From an uncultured Planctomycetota bacterium (GTDB taxonomy: Bacteria; Planctomycetota; Planctomycetia; Isosphaerales; Isosphaeraceae): DNA of 64,000 nt. Every line of letters starts with the position of its first letter. Position 1 is the first letter of the stretch. Shown piece after piece: positions 7,954 to 18,734 of this stretch. Below the pieces are notes generated by a model. That model searched no databases. It had not been told where the DNA came from and was given only the letters and a program-made list of their open reading frames with translations. Position numbers and translations under genes: made by a program. The stretch is taken from positions 6,784,001-6,848,000 of the forward strand of contig CAVTTN010000002.1 in the NCBI GenBank assembly GCA_963737655.1, given 5' to 3'.

Positions 7954-8593
7954 ACTCTTCGCGCCGGCGGTTCGGCATCGGTTGATACTATGTGGGCGTG
8001 ATCATCGATCGGCCCGCATCCCCCCCGGCCCCCGCGACGACGGGGACGGCCCGATCCGGCTCGGCGGGGCTTGCGGTCGGGCGCCCCGCCTCCGACCCGT
8101 CGCCCTCACGACGGCGGCGACGGCGGCGACTTCGCCACCAGCTCGTAGCCCAGCGACCTCGCCTTGCGCCGCAGCGAACGCTCCTGCTTCCGCCTCACCT
8201 CCGCCTCGTACTCCGCCAGCGACCTCGACACGTACTCCTCGCCGTGCCTGAGCAGCCGGTACACCAGCCGCGACAGCTTGTGCGCCGTCGCCGTGATCGC
8301 CCCGCGGCCGCCGATCCGGCCCTTGATCCGCCGGGGGGTCAAAAAGGGGACGGGGGGTCAAAAAGGGGACGGAGCGAATAAATTCAGCTTTTTGCATTTT
8401 GCCGCGTCTCATCCAGGCCGAACTTATTCGCTCCGTCCCCTTTTCGGCCCCAAGCTAACCTGCGGGCGGCGAGCACCAGGGAAGGGACGGCCGGGAGGCT
8501 CGCGACGGCGTGCCCCAGCGTATCGCGCCCGGTGGTCGGGGCCACCCCCGGTTCACGTCCGTCGGGGAGCGGTCGGAGACGGCGCGGAGAGTT
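7946..8593 (-). mobile_element. Internally deleted IS110 copy (transposase 3' remnant plus both ends)
   Basis: 7946-8333 nearly identical to 584-971; 8445-8593 is a diverged version of the IS right end; transposase C-terminal remnant at 8106-8333. Confidence 0.88.
8332..8444. repeat. REP-like palindromic unit at the IS deletion junction
   Basis: 19-bp tandem CGGGGGGTCAAAAAGGGGA x2 and perfect 21-bp IR AAAAGGGGACGGAGCGAATAA (8361-8381 / 8424-8444). Confidence 0.85.
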
Positions 8594-8689
8594 AACCTGG
8601 CGCGGCAGCGGACCCCGCACCACCGCGACGCCTCTTGTGTTATCATGGCCCACTCGGCGGAGCGGGTCCGCTGAGCTTTGGTATCAGGC
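8590..8689 (+). repeat. attC site 10 (degenerate R' ATCAGGC)
   Basis: AGTTAAC, L boxes and stem conserved; GTT mutated. Confidence 0.8.
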
Positions 8690-8715
8690 GGCTCGCACTT
8701 CCGAGGGGCACACCG

Positions 8716-9066
8716 ATGACCTTGCCTGGTCGCCTCCGCCCTCGTTGGACCATCGGGCGCTGCATGATCGGCGTCGCGGTCTCAGCCCTTGCGCTCTCCG
8801 GGCCGTTGCAATTCCTCCTCGTGGCCCTGACTGTCTCCTTCATGCTCCTCATGAGGCTCGGCTTTTCCTGGGTGAAGGCGCTGATGGCGGTCGAAGTGAT
8901 GGGCGCCATCGCGATCGCCCTCGGACTGCCGTTCTTCGTCACCGCCCTACGCTCCAATTGTGGCATGCCCGCGTCTGGGCCGACTAACCTCGCGGTGCGG
9001 GGGACCCGTCCCGCCGTTGTGCGTTCTCCGCTCTCATGGCGATCGCTCGGCGGGCCGGTCCGCTGA
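8716..9066 (+). CDS. Cassette membrane protein with RWTIGRCM leader; reads into attC11 (possibly frameshifted)
   Basis: GAGG RBS, hydrophobic segments; R'' TAA is out of frame. Confidence 0.55.
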   Translation: MTLPGRLRPRWTIGRCMIGVAVSALALSGPLQFLLVALTVSFMLLMRLGFSWVKALMAVEVMGAIAIALGLPFFVTALRSNCGMPASGPTNLAVRGTRPAVVRSPLSWRSLGGPVR

Positions 9067-9081
9067 GCGTTCGCGTTCGGC
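8982..9081 (+). repeat. attC site 11 (diverged)
   Basis: GACTAAC...GGTCCGCTGAGC...GTTCGGC. Confidence 0.8.
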
Positions 9082-9093
9082 CCCACGGAGGCG

Positions 9094-9432
9094 GTGATGC
9101 AGAAGGCTGGTGTCTGGCTTCTGACGATCATCGGCCTGGTCGGGCTGTTGGTGGCCCTCAGCTTCGAAGGGCATGGCGCGGGCGCCTCGACCCCTCAGCC
9201 GGGAGGACCGGTGCACGTGGCGCCGGTCGTCTGGCCAGTCGGCCTGCCCGATACCTGGCTGGAGTGGGAGAGGCCCGGATACCTGTTGGGGCAGGAGGGC
9301 CGCCCCCATGTCCACTTCGCCGGCGTGTATGTCCTCAGATGGTCGTTCGGAATCCTCGTCGCGAGCGCCTGCGCCCTGGGCTGCGCGTCGATTCTGGCTC
9401 GCCGCGGGCAATCCGGCCGGATCGGGGGCTAA
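9094..9432 (+). CDS. Cassette membrane protein (112 aa)
   Basis: GGAGG RBS, N- and C-terminal hydrophobic segments, stop in R''. Confidence 0.75.
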   Translation: MMQKAGVWLLTIIGLVGLLVALSFEGHGAGASTPQPGGPVHVAPVVWPVGLPDTWLEWERPGYLLGQEGRPHVHFAGVYVLRWSFGILVASACALGCASILARRGQSGRIGG

Positions 9433-9526
9433 CCTCGCGCTGCTGCGGACCCCGCACCGCCGCGCCCCCTTCTGCGAGATCTTCGTCGATTCGGCGGTGA
9501 GGGTCCGATGAGCTTTGTCGTTAGGC
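9427..9526 (+). repeat. attC site 12
   Basis: GGCTAAC...GTTAGGC. Confidence 0.88.
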
Positions 9527-9558
9527 GGCGGGGGGATCCACCCAGGGGGGAACCGAGG

Positions 9559-9966
9559 GTGGTGCGGCGATCCTGGCGGAGTTTGCGGGCGATTCTGGTC
9601 GCCATAGCCGTCGCGGCCGTCGCGATGAACGGCCTGCGTGAACTTCCCACGTTGCGAGATGGCTATCTCCTTCGGCAAGGGGCGGGTCGTGCCCGGCGTG
9701 ATGTCGAGTTGATCGGCGCGGCCTCGGGTCTCGATTCCGCCGCCGGTCGCAGGGCAGTGCTCAATGCCCATCAGGCCCAAGTCCGAGCCAATGCGTTCTG
9801 GCGGGAGAATCTTCCCGGACTGGCCGTCCTGGCGTGCGGCGCGGCGGCCGGTCTCCGGCTCCTGGGGCTGGCCTTCGGGGGCCTCTCGCCAGCCTTCGAC
9901 AGGCGAATCGGCGCGGTCGAACATCGCCGGAGTCCACCGCCTGACCTCTCGCGACCGCTCTCGTAA
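9559..9966 (+). CDS. Cassette membrane protein
   Basis: WRSLRAILVAIAV leader and a second hydrophobic segment; start uncertain. Confidence 0.55.
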   Translation: MVRRSWRSLRAILVAIAVAAVAMNGLRELPTLRDGYLLRQGAGRARRDVELIGAASGLDSAAGRRAVLNAHQAQVRANAFWRENLPGLAVLACGAAAGLRLLGLAFGGLSPAFDRRIGAVEHRRSPPPDLSRPLS

Positions 9967-10015
9967 AATCGAACGTCGCTCGGGCGGGTGGGTCCGCTGA
10001 GCCTGGTCGTTAGGC
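9939..10015 (+). repeat. attC site 13 (left arm deleted, 77 bp)
   Basis: GCCTGAC...GGGTCCGCTGAGC..GTTAGGC; GCTGCAGCGGACC arm missing. Confidence 0.7.
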
Positions 10016-10034
10016 GGCTCATCCGGAGGCGAAT

Positions 10035-10193
10035 ATGAATGTCGGCGGCGACCTGTCTGACTTCCTCCAAGGGGCACGTCAACGGCCCTCGATGTTCGTC
10101 CGGGACCGGTCCCTCGCCGAATTGGAGGGCATGTGCCGCGGCTACCATGTCGCCCTGCTCATTTCGGGGGATTTGTGCAAGAATTGTCAATGA
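10035..10193 (+). pseudogene. Truncated terminal cassette ORF ([22 protein letters not shown]...)
   Basis: GGAGG RBS and ATG right after attC13; ends after 52 codons with no closing attC. Confidence 0.4.
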
Positions 10194-10366
10194 ATCAAAT
10201 GACCCGGAACCGCACGACCAGGGCTGCGGTTCTCCCTTCCAACTCGGGGGGCCGGTCGCCGCTATCAGTAATCGGGGATTTGACTTGACGAACCTCGTTC
10301 CGCCGGATAGTGTACGGCAGTTCCCAATCCAGGGAACATTCGTACCCTGAAACGTGGAGGCGTGCG

Positions 10367-10885
10367 ATGATCCGACGGATCGCGGCGTTGGGGGCGGCGG
10401 TGGTCCTGGCGGCGGCGGCTCTGGGGGCCTGGGCGGGGGCGGAGGACGCCAAGGGCGTGGAGGCGAAGGCGGCGTTCGCGAAGCTCAAGGCCCTGGCCGG
10501 CGAGTGGACCGTGACGAGCGAGCACGGGGCCGGCAAGATCGTGTACAAGGTCACGGCCAACGGGACGACCGTGATGGAGACCGACTTCCCCGGGTCGGCT
10601 CATGAGATGATCACGATGTATCATCTCGATGGGTCGAACCTCAAGGCCACCCACTACTGCTCGGCCGGCAACCAGCCCCGGCTCAAGCTGGACCTGGCCG
10701 GGTCGACGCCCGACCGCCTGAAGTTCGACTTCGACGGCGGCTCGAACCTCGACGCCTCCAAAGATATGCACATCCACGGCTGTGAGATCGCGATCAAGGA
10801 CGCCAACCACGCCGAGGCGACCTGGCAGGGGTTCCTGGGCGGCAAGAAGGCCATGGACACGAAGTTCGTGATGTCCCGGCCGTGA
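10367..10885 (+). CDS. Secreted hypothetical protein
   Basis: Signal peptide, HEMITMYH/THYCSAGNQP motif, GC3-rich codons. Confidence 0.85.
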   Translation: MIRRIAALGAAVVLAAAALGAWAGAEDAKGVEAKAAFAKLKALAGEWTVTSEHGAGKIVYKVTANGTTVMETDFPGSAHEMITMYHLDGSNLKATHYCSAGNQPRLKLDLAGSTPDRLKFDFDGGSNLDASKDMHIHGCEIAIKDANHAEATWQGFLGGKKAMDTKFVMSRP

Positions 10886-11166
10886 ATCGGTGATCAGGCC
10901 CGGATCAACCGGGAGGGGGCGGCACGGGGAGCCGGGGGCGGGAGGCCGCGGCCTCGTCTTTCCGCCGGGGCGCCTCGTGCCGCGACGCTCCCTCTCGGGC
11001 CCGTTCCGGGCGCGGGCCGTGCTCGACCCGGCCGATGGTTTCGCCGAATCGGCGGACCCGGAGGCGTGGAAGGCGGATCGGTCGAGCTCCGAAGTCCCGA
11101 CGAGCGGGGATGGGCATGCCCTGGGAGGGCCCAGGGCATGCCTCGCGACTTCGGCGCGAACTGAAC

Positions 11167-12924
<1,758 letters not shown>

Positions 12925-13312
12925 CTCAGGAGTCTCCTTCCAAAACGCGGGAAACGAGGCGAGAACGTGCGCGGGGCACGACGACGGATGGCGGATCGGC
13001 CGGGGCCGGGAGGTCCGCCGGGGGCGGGCCGGGTCGCCGGTCGAGATGGGGGGGAAGGGGGGTCGCGTGGATGCAATCGCGGACCGCACCCGGCGCGTAT
13101 TCTAAAACATCGGTCCCAGTCATGGAACAAAGAAATCCCATGTCGGCCAAAAATTTCCCAGGGTGGTCCGAGTTGCACCGATCGTGAGGCGGGGAGCGGT
13201 CTGGATTTCGCGGGGCGGACCGTCTCTGATGATTGGGGGAGCGGGCCCGGGGCGGGATGACCCGTCGCCGGGCGCGTCCCGGCTCGATCCGACGTCTGGG
13301 AGGAAAGCGACC

Positions 13313-14317
13313 TTGAAATCGCAGCAAATGCGGCGCCTTGGCCATTCGGATGTCATGATCTCGCCGGTCACCTTCGGCGCCTGGGCCGTGGGCGGCTGGA
13401 TGTGGGGCGGGGCCGACGAGGCCGAGTCGATCGCCGCGATCCGCGCCGGCGTCGATCACGGCGCCACCACGATCGACACGGCCGCCGTGTACGGCCAGGG
13501 CTACGGCGAGGAGGTCGTCGGCAAGGCGATCGCCGGGATTCGCGACCGCGTCCAGGTCGCCACCAAGGGCGGGATGCGGTGGGACATCGAGGACGGCTCG
13601 GAACCCTGGGCCACCAAGGACCGATCGGGCCGGGACGTCGTGATCCGCAAGAACTCGCGCCCGGAGAGCCTGATCTGGGAGTGCGAACAATCGCTCAGGC
13701 GCCTCGGCGTCGACGTGATCGACCTGTACCAGGTCCACTGGCCCGACCCGTCCACCCCGGTCGAGGAGACGATGGCCGCGCTCCTGAAGCTCAAGGAGCA
13801 GGGGAAGATCCGCGCCATCGGCGTGAGCAATTACGACGTCCCGTGGATGGAGCGCGCCCTCAAGATCGGCCCGATCGACAGCTTGCAGCCGCCGTTCAGC
13901 CTGATCCAGCGGAAGATCGAGCCGGCGATCCTGCCGTTCTGCCGGGACCGCGGGATCGGCGTGATCGTCTACTCGCCCCTGGAGCGGGGGCTCCTGGCCG
14001 GGACGGTCGGCCCCGACCGCCAGTTCCCCCCGGGCGACCATCGCGCGACCCACCGATTCTTCACCGTCGAGAACCGCAAGCGAGTGCTCGCGGCCCTCGA
14101 AGCCATCCGGCCGATCGCCGAGACGCACCGCGCGAGCCTGGCCCAATTGGTCATCGCCTGGACGATCGCCGAGCCCGGGATCACCGCCGCTCTCGTCGGC
14201 GCGAGGAACCCCGATCAGGCCATCCACAACGCCGAGGCCATGACGATCTCCCTTTCCGAGCAGGAACGCGCCACCATCCGCGGCGTGTTCGACCCGGTCT
14301 CGGCGGCGATGATGTGA
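13313..14317 (+). CDS. Aldo/keto reductase
   Basis: IDTAAVYG, SLRRLGVDVIDLYQVHWPD, GKIRAIGVSN, YSPL motifs. Confidence 0.95.
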   Translation: MKSQQMRRLGHSDVMISPVTFGAWAVGGWMWGGADEAESIAAIRAGVDHGATTIDTAAVYGQGYGEEVVGKAIAGIRDRVQVATKGGMRWDIEDGSEPWATKDRSGRDVVIRKNSRPESLIWECEQSLRRLGVDVIDLYQVHWPDPSTPVEETMAALLKLKEQGKIRAIGVSNYDVPWMERALKIGPIDSLQPPFSLIQRKIEPAILPFCRDRGIGVIVYSPLERGLLAGTVGPDRQFPPGDHRATHRFFTVENRKRVLAALEAIRPIAETHRASLAQLVIAWTIAEPGITAALVGARNPDQAIHNAEAMTISLSEQERATIRGVFDPVSAAMM

Positions 14318-14320
14318 GGA

Positions 14321-14516
14321 GAGATTGAACCGCCAAGACGCCAAGATCGCCAAGGAGGGAGAGGAGAGGAGAAGAAGAGAGAAGAAGAGGTTTGAAATAA
14401 AAATCTTTAGAAATTTTTATTTTCTCTCCTCTCTTCTTCTCCTCTCCTCTCCCTCCTTGGCGATCTTGGCGATCTTGGCGATCTTGGCGATCTTGGCGTC
14501 TTGGCGGTTCAATCTC
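14321..14516. repeat. Large palindrome with 9-bp CGCCAAGA(T) subrepeats
   Basis: GAGATTGAACCGCCAAGACGCCAAG... / ...CTTGGCGTCTTGGCGGTTCAATCTC arms around an AT-rich loop, between convergent genes. Confidence 0.9.
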
Positions 14517-14523
14517 CCTCCCC

Positions 14524-16389
14524 TCATTCGAAGCGGATCTCGTCCAGGAAGAACGAGACGGGCTTGCCCGGCGAGGCCAGCGACCAGGCGAAACCGGTCT
14601 TGATTCTCTTGAGGCTCAGGCCGTCGAGCGGGATGGTGAAGCGTTTCCACTCGCGGCCCAGGGTCACTTTTTCGAGCTTCCCCTTGCCGGAGTCGGGGTA
14701 TTTTTTCTCGGGCCCGAGCAGGCCGAACTCGAAGTTGACGACCTCGCCGCCCTCGGCGCCTCGGGCCCAGAAACCCAGGGTCTTCGCGCCCGAGAGGTCC
14801 AGCCCTCCGGGGCGATCGCCCCAGTCGTCGGCCGGGCTCTGCCAGACGACGCCTCCCCAGTCGGATGAGGCCGTGTACCGGACTTTCAGGCAGGTCTTGC
14901 CGGAATGAGGCATGTCGGCGCAGGTAGGATCAAGCTGAATGGCCTTCGTGTTGCCCATGAATCCCGACGGCGAATAGGGCGGAGCCGGGCCGTCGGCCTC
15001 GTCGTAGACGATCACGGGCAACGTCGCCACCCGGGCCGGGACGGGCGACGACGGCCCCTTCACGAACAGGGGGACGTTCGCCACCGCCGCGCCGTTCTTG
15101 CCGTCCCGGACGTAGGCGAACAGGCGATAGCCGCCGCCGTCCTTCGGCATCGTCAAGGTGGCCGTTTGAGAGTCGGACCGGACCAGGACGTCGGGGAACT
15201 CGGGGGGGGCCGATTCGGCGTCGCCGCCGGTGCGGAGGTCCGTCGCCTCCCGGACGAACCGCCACGTCACCTTCACCGGCGAGCCTTCCGGGTCCGCGGC
15301 CGACAGTTCCGCCCGAACCGTCGCCCCGGGTTCGACCTCCGCCGGCCCGGCGACCTTCAGGCTTTCGATCCGGGGGCAGAGGTCGCGAGGCGGTCGGCCG
15401 GTCCAGAGCTGCGACAGGGCATCGACGGCGCCGAGCTTCGAGCCGTCCGGCAGCAGGAGGCCGAACCACGTGGCGGTGGCCTCCTGCTTCCATCCCCAGG
15501 TGAACGCATAAGACCCCAGGCACGGGCCTTTCGGGGCGATCGCGGCGTCATAGGTTTTCTTGTACAGATCGGCCTTCGCGGTGCTCGAAGGCTCGATCGG
15601 CGCGCCCCACGCCGTCCTGGCCGATTCCCACGACCCGGGCGGGCCGAATTCGGTCAAGACGAAAGGCTTCGTCCCGCCGGCCTTCTTGTATCGCCCGGGC
15701 ACGGAGGGGCCGCCCCCGTAGCTGTTGATCCCCACGACGTCGATCGACGGGCAGAGCCGGTGGATGTTCTTCACGCGGTCGCCGCCGAGCTCGGCCACCA
15801 CGGTCATCGTCGGGTGGTCGGGGTCGAGCGTCTTGACCATCGCCGCGAGGCTTTCGATCGCCGACCAGATCGCGGCGTCGTCCCCCTTCTCGTACCCCTC
15901 CATCTCATTGCCGAGCCCCCACATGAGCAAGGCGGGGTGATCTTTATATTGGAGGACGACCTTGCGAGCCTCCTCCTTCTGCTTCGCGACCTGATCGGCG
16001 TTGTTGTAGTCGAACCCGTGCCGCCGATGGCCGAGCCAGATGCCCAGGGTGACGGTCAGCCCGCGTTTCTGGGCCTCGTCCAGGATGGCGCCGGCCTTCT
16101 CGACGCCCCATGTCCGGACCGAGTTGCCGCCGACCTCGGCCAGGAGCTCCAGCGACCCGTCGCCGCCGACACCCTTGATGAAGTAGGGGCGGCCGCCGCG
16201 AACCAGCTCGTAACCGCCGTCCTCCCTCGCCAGGACGCGGACGGTCGAGGGCCCGTCGGCCATCGCCAGGCCGCCGCCGAGCGCGAAAATCGCGGCGAAA
16301 CCGAACGATCGAGCGATCACGGGAGGGGCTCCGAGGCTGGAGGGACGGTCAGGCGATCCGAACGAACGTGAATTTGCCATAATGCTCAT
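14524..16389 (-). CDS. Glycoside hydrolase family 2-like TIM barrel with C-terminal carbohydrate-binding-like domain
   Basis: GGNSVRTWG, YKDHPALLMWGLGNE, LTEFGP motifs; true start probably ~16320. Confidence 0.85.
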   Translation of the reverse strand: MSIMANSRSFGSPDRPSSLGAPPVIARSFGFAAIFALGGGLAMADGPSTVRVLAREDGGYELVRGGRPYFIKGVGGDGSLELLAEVGGNSVRTWGVEKAGAILDEAQKRGLTVTLGIWLGHRRHGFDYNNADQVAKQKEEARKVVLQYKDHPALLMWGLGNEMEGYEKGDDAAIWSAIESLAAMVKTLDPDHPTMTVVAELGGDRVKNIHRLCPSIDVVGINSYGGGPSVPGRYKKAGGTKPFVLTEFGPPGSWESARTAWGAPIEPSSTAKADLYKKTYDAAIAPKGPCLGSYAFTWGWKQEATATWFGLLLPDGSKLGAVDALSQLWTGRPPRDLCPRIESLKVAGPAEVEPGATVRAELSAADPEGSPVKVTWRFVREATDLRTGGDAESAPPEFPDVLVRSDSQTATLTMPKDGGGYRLFAYVRDGKNGAAVANVPLFVKGPSSPVPARVATLPVIVYDEADGPAPPYSPSGFMGNTKAIQLDPTCADMPHSGKTCLKVRYTASSDWGGVVWQSPADDWGDRPGGLDLSGAKTLGFWARGAEGGEVVNFEFGLLGPEKKYPDSGKGKLEKVTLGREWKRFTIPLDGLSLKRIKTGFAWSLASPGKPVSFFLDEIRFE

Positions 16390-16702
16390 CGGTATAATAG
16401 ATTTCGCGAATCTGTCGGGCCGGGACGACGACCTCGAGCACCAATCGCTTGGCGCCCGCCTCGCCCATCGGGTCGCCGGGCCGGGCCTCGCCGACCTGGA
16501 CCTCGTAATAGGCGCACCCCTGATCGGGAGCGGGCAGAGGCGGGCCTTCCAGGTCGGTCCGGCCCTGTTGATTGCGGAACTCGCGGAACGCCCCGCCGAT
16601 CTTCAGCCGATTCTTGGCCGTGATCAACGCGAATTTCACGTCAGGCGGCAAGGACATCTCGGACTTCGTGGGGATCTGCGACTTGGCGATGCGCCCGCTC
16701 AT
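16349..16702 (-). CDS. Microbial guanyl-specific ribonuclease (barnase/N1/T1-like)
   Basis: FRNQQG..LP, YYE, GAKRLV, IYYTDEHY..F motifs. Confidence 0.75.
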   Translation of the reverse strand: MSGRIAKSQIPTKSEMSLPPDVKFALITAKNRLKIGGAFREFRNQQGRTDLEGPPLPAPDQGCAYYEVQVGEARPGDPMGEAGAKRLVLEVVVPARQIREIYYTDEHYGKFTFVRIA

Positions 16703-16932
16703 CCCGAAGGCCCTCCCCGAGTCGAGACGGCCGGCGACCCCCGCCCGTCGGACGACGCGACAACGCGATTATCCCGGCCCCCGAGGGCGGGGTCAACGAG
16801 GCGTGGCTGGGCCACGCCATCGCTGGCGGGGTATCTGCGGCCCGTTCCCTGCTTGCGACGGACGGTTCGTTCCGATTAGGGTGAAGCGTCTTGGGCGGCC
16901 TCGTATCTAGGAGCGGTTGGAAGGCGAATCTC

Positions 16933-18125
16933 GTGCTCACTAAGGTCGAAATCCATCGCTACCGGTCTTGCGTCGATCTTATGCTCGACGACCTCGGACC
17001 GACCGTGGCCCTCCTCGGCCGAAACGGGGCCGGGAAGACGAATATTTTGCGGGCCATCGCCGATGTCGCGAAAGGGGCGTTAAGTCTTGGATCGGCCGGG
17101 GAATTCCAGGATCATCCCTGGGGATCGGCGGTCACGCTCGAATGCGAGACCGAAGGGGTCAGGATTCGGTACAGGCTCGAATTGCTCTGGCCCGAAGGTG
17201 GAGCCAGGAATAGCTATGCCCTGGATGAAGACATCTGGGTCGCCGAAGACGGCGAGAACTGGGGTAAGCTCGTGGAGCGCCGTGGAGGCGCGGCACGCTT
17301 CCATGAGAATGCCACCGCACGGGAGTTCTCGATCAGGGCGCAGCGCCGGTTTTGCCCTTCCTGACGGCCGTTCTGCCGTCCGACGGACCAGCTTCGGAAA
17401 AGCTCGTCATCCTGGAGCGATTCCTCCGCAGGGTGGTCTTCCACACATTCGACGAAACGAGCCGGCCGAGCGAGCACACAGGCATCGTTTCAAGTTCTTA
17501 TCTGAATCATGGGATTGCCGATCTCGACTTGATCCCGCCGAGTGAGGAGTCGCTCCATTGGAGGCTCCTCAACATGTCCGTTCACGCTCCCGACGACTTT
17601 CGCGAGATCGCCGATCTCCTCGGACCGGATGGTCTCGGGCTCCTCGAAAGGCTAGAGGTCAGGTCCTTCACCATCACGAGTGGGGCCCCGAAGAACGGGA
17701 CGGGACGCGAAGTCTACATGTTATATTACCATCCTTTAGATGAAGGCGGGGGATCGGCCGGCGCCTTTCCCTTCGAGTTCCTGTCCCAGGGTACGCGACG
17801 GATCATTCGCATGGTCGTTGCGATGGTCGCCGATCAGAGTCGCGTGATGCTGATCGAACATCCCGAGGATGGCATCCATCGGGGCCTGATCCGCAAGGTA
17901 TTCAGCCTCCTGAAAACGTACAGCGATCCCGGCCAGGTGATCGTGACGACGCATTCGGAACTCGTCCTCGACATGCTCGACCCGACCGAGGTCCGCCTGG
18001 TCTCGATGGAAGGCGGGGTCACGCGGGCCCGGGCCCTGGACACGGAGGAGGTCGCGCAGGCCCGGCGGTACGTCAAGGAGGCCGGCGCGTTCTCGGACTA
18101 TCTCGAATCCGAATTCGGGCTTTGA
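16933..18125 (+). CDS. AAA/ABC-type ATPase, frameshifted near 17340
   Basis: GRNGAGKTN Walker A in the first frame; LSQGT, LIEHPEDGIH and VIVTTHS in the second frame. Confidence 0.85.
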
Positions 18126-18697
18126 CAATGGATCGGGCCCGCTTCTTCGTGCTTGCGGAGGATGAGTCCGACAAGCAAACCATCCACGCCATCCTGCGGA
18201 CGCTCACCGGCGATCCCCGACTCCCCCGACTCGGCCAGGGGTTCGGCGGTTGCGGCGACCTCCTCAATCGCGGGGCCAGGGTGATCCGTGGCCATCTTCG
18301 CGACTCCGAAAAGTTCATCATCTGCGTCGATGCGGACGGGGAACCGCCGGAACGGGTCCGCGAGAAGGTCCGTCAACGAGTCCTCATCCCTTCGGGCATC
18401 TCGGCGTGCGGCCTGGTCGTCCCCGTCCAGGAGATCGAAGCCTGGATTCTGTCGGATATCGATCGGGCCCTGGCGAAATGGAAGGCCCATCCGTCGTGGA
18501 CTCCGGCTGAGGTTCGCAACCCCGAGGCGATTGCGAAACCGAAGGAAGCATTGATTCAGATGAGTCGATCTCGTCGTTCGAAGCCGGATTACGTCCCGGC
18601 CCTCCACAACGAGCACATCGCGGCCCATCTGGACCTGGCGCGCGTGGAGACGAAGTGTCCGTCCTTCGCCCCCTTGCGGCAGTATGTGATGGGTTGA
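18122..18697 (+). CDS. DUF4276-family (TOPRIM-like) protein
   Basis: LAEDESD, CVDADG, VQEIEAWILSD, NPE...PK, CPSF motifs; coupled to the ATPase. Confidence 0.8.
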   Translation: MTMDRARFFVLAEDESDKQTIHAILRTLTGDPRLPRLGQGFGGCGDLLNRGARVIRGHLRDSEKFIICVDADGEPPERVREKVRQRVLIPSGISACGLVVPVQEIEAWILSDIDRALAKWKAHPSWTPAEVRNPEAIAKPKEALIQMSRSRRSKPDYVPALHNEHIAAHLDLARVETKCPSFAPLRQYVMG

Positions 18698-18734
18698 TCG
18701 AAGGTGGGCACCAGTTCCCTACCTCGCCTCCGGC

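Larger units (their letters stand above)
1..10193 (+). mobile_element. Integron gene cassette array (distal part; integrase not in window)
   Basis: 13 direct-repeat, internally palindromic ~100-bp sites (TAAC-5 nt-GCTGCAGCGGACC...GGTCCGCTGAGC-6 nt-GTTAGGC), mostly following short single + strand ORFs whose stops often overlap the R'' box. Confidence 0.92.

Noticed and set aside
184..10015. CRISPR array interpretation of the regular repeats
   Set aside because: Repeats are ~100 bp with attC boxes and are separated by gene-sized cassettes; no cas genes
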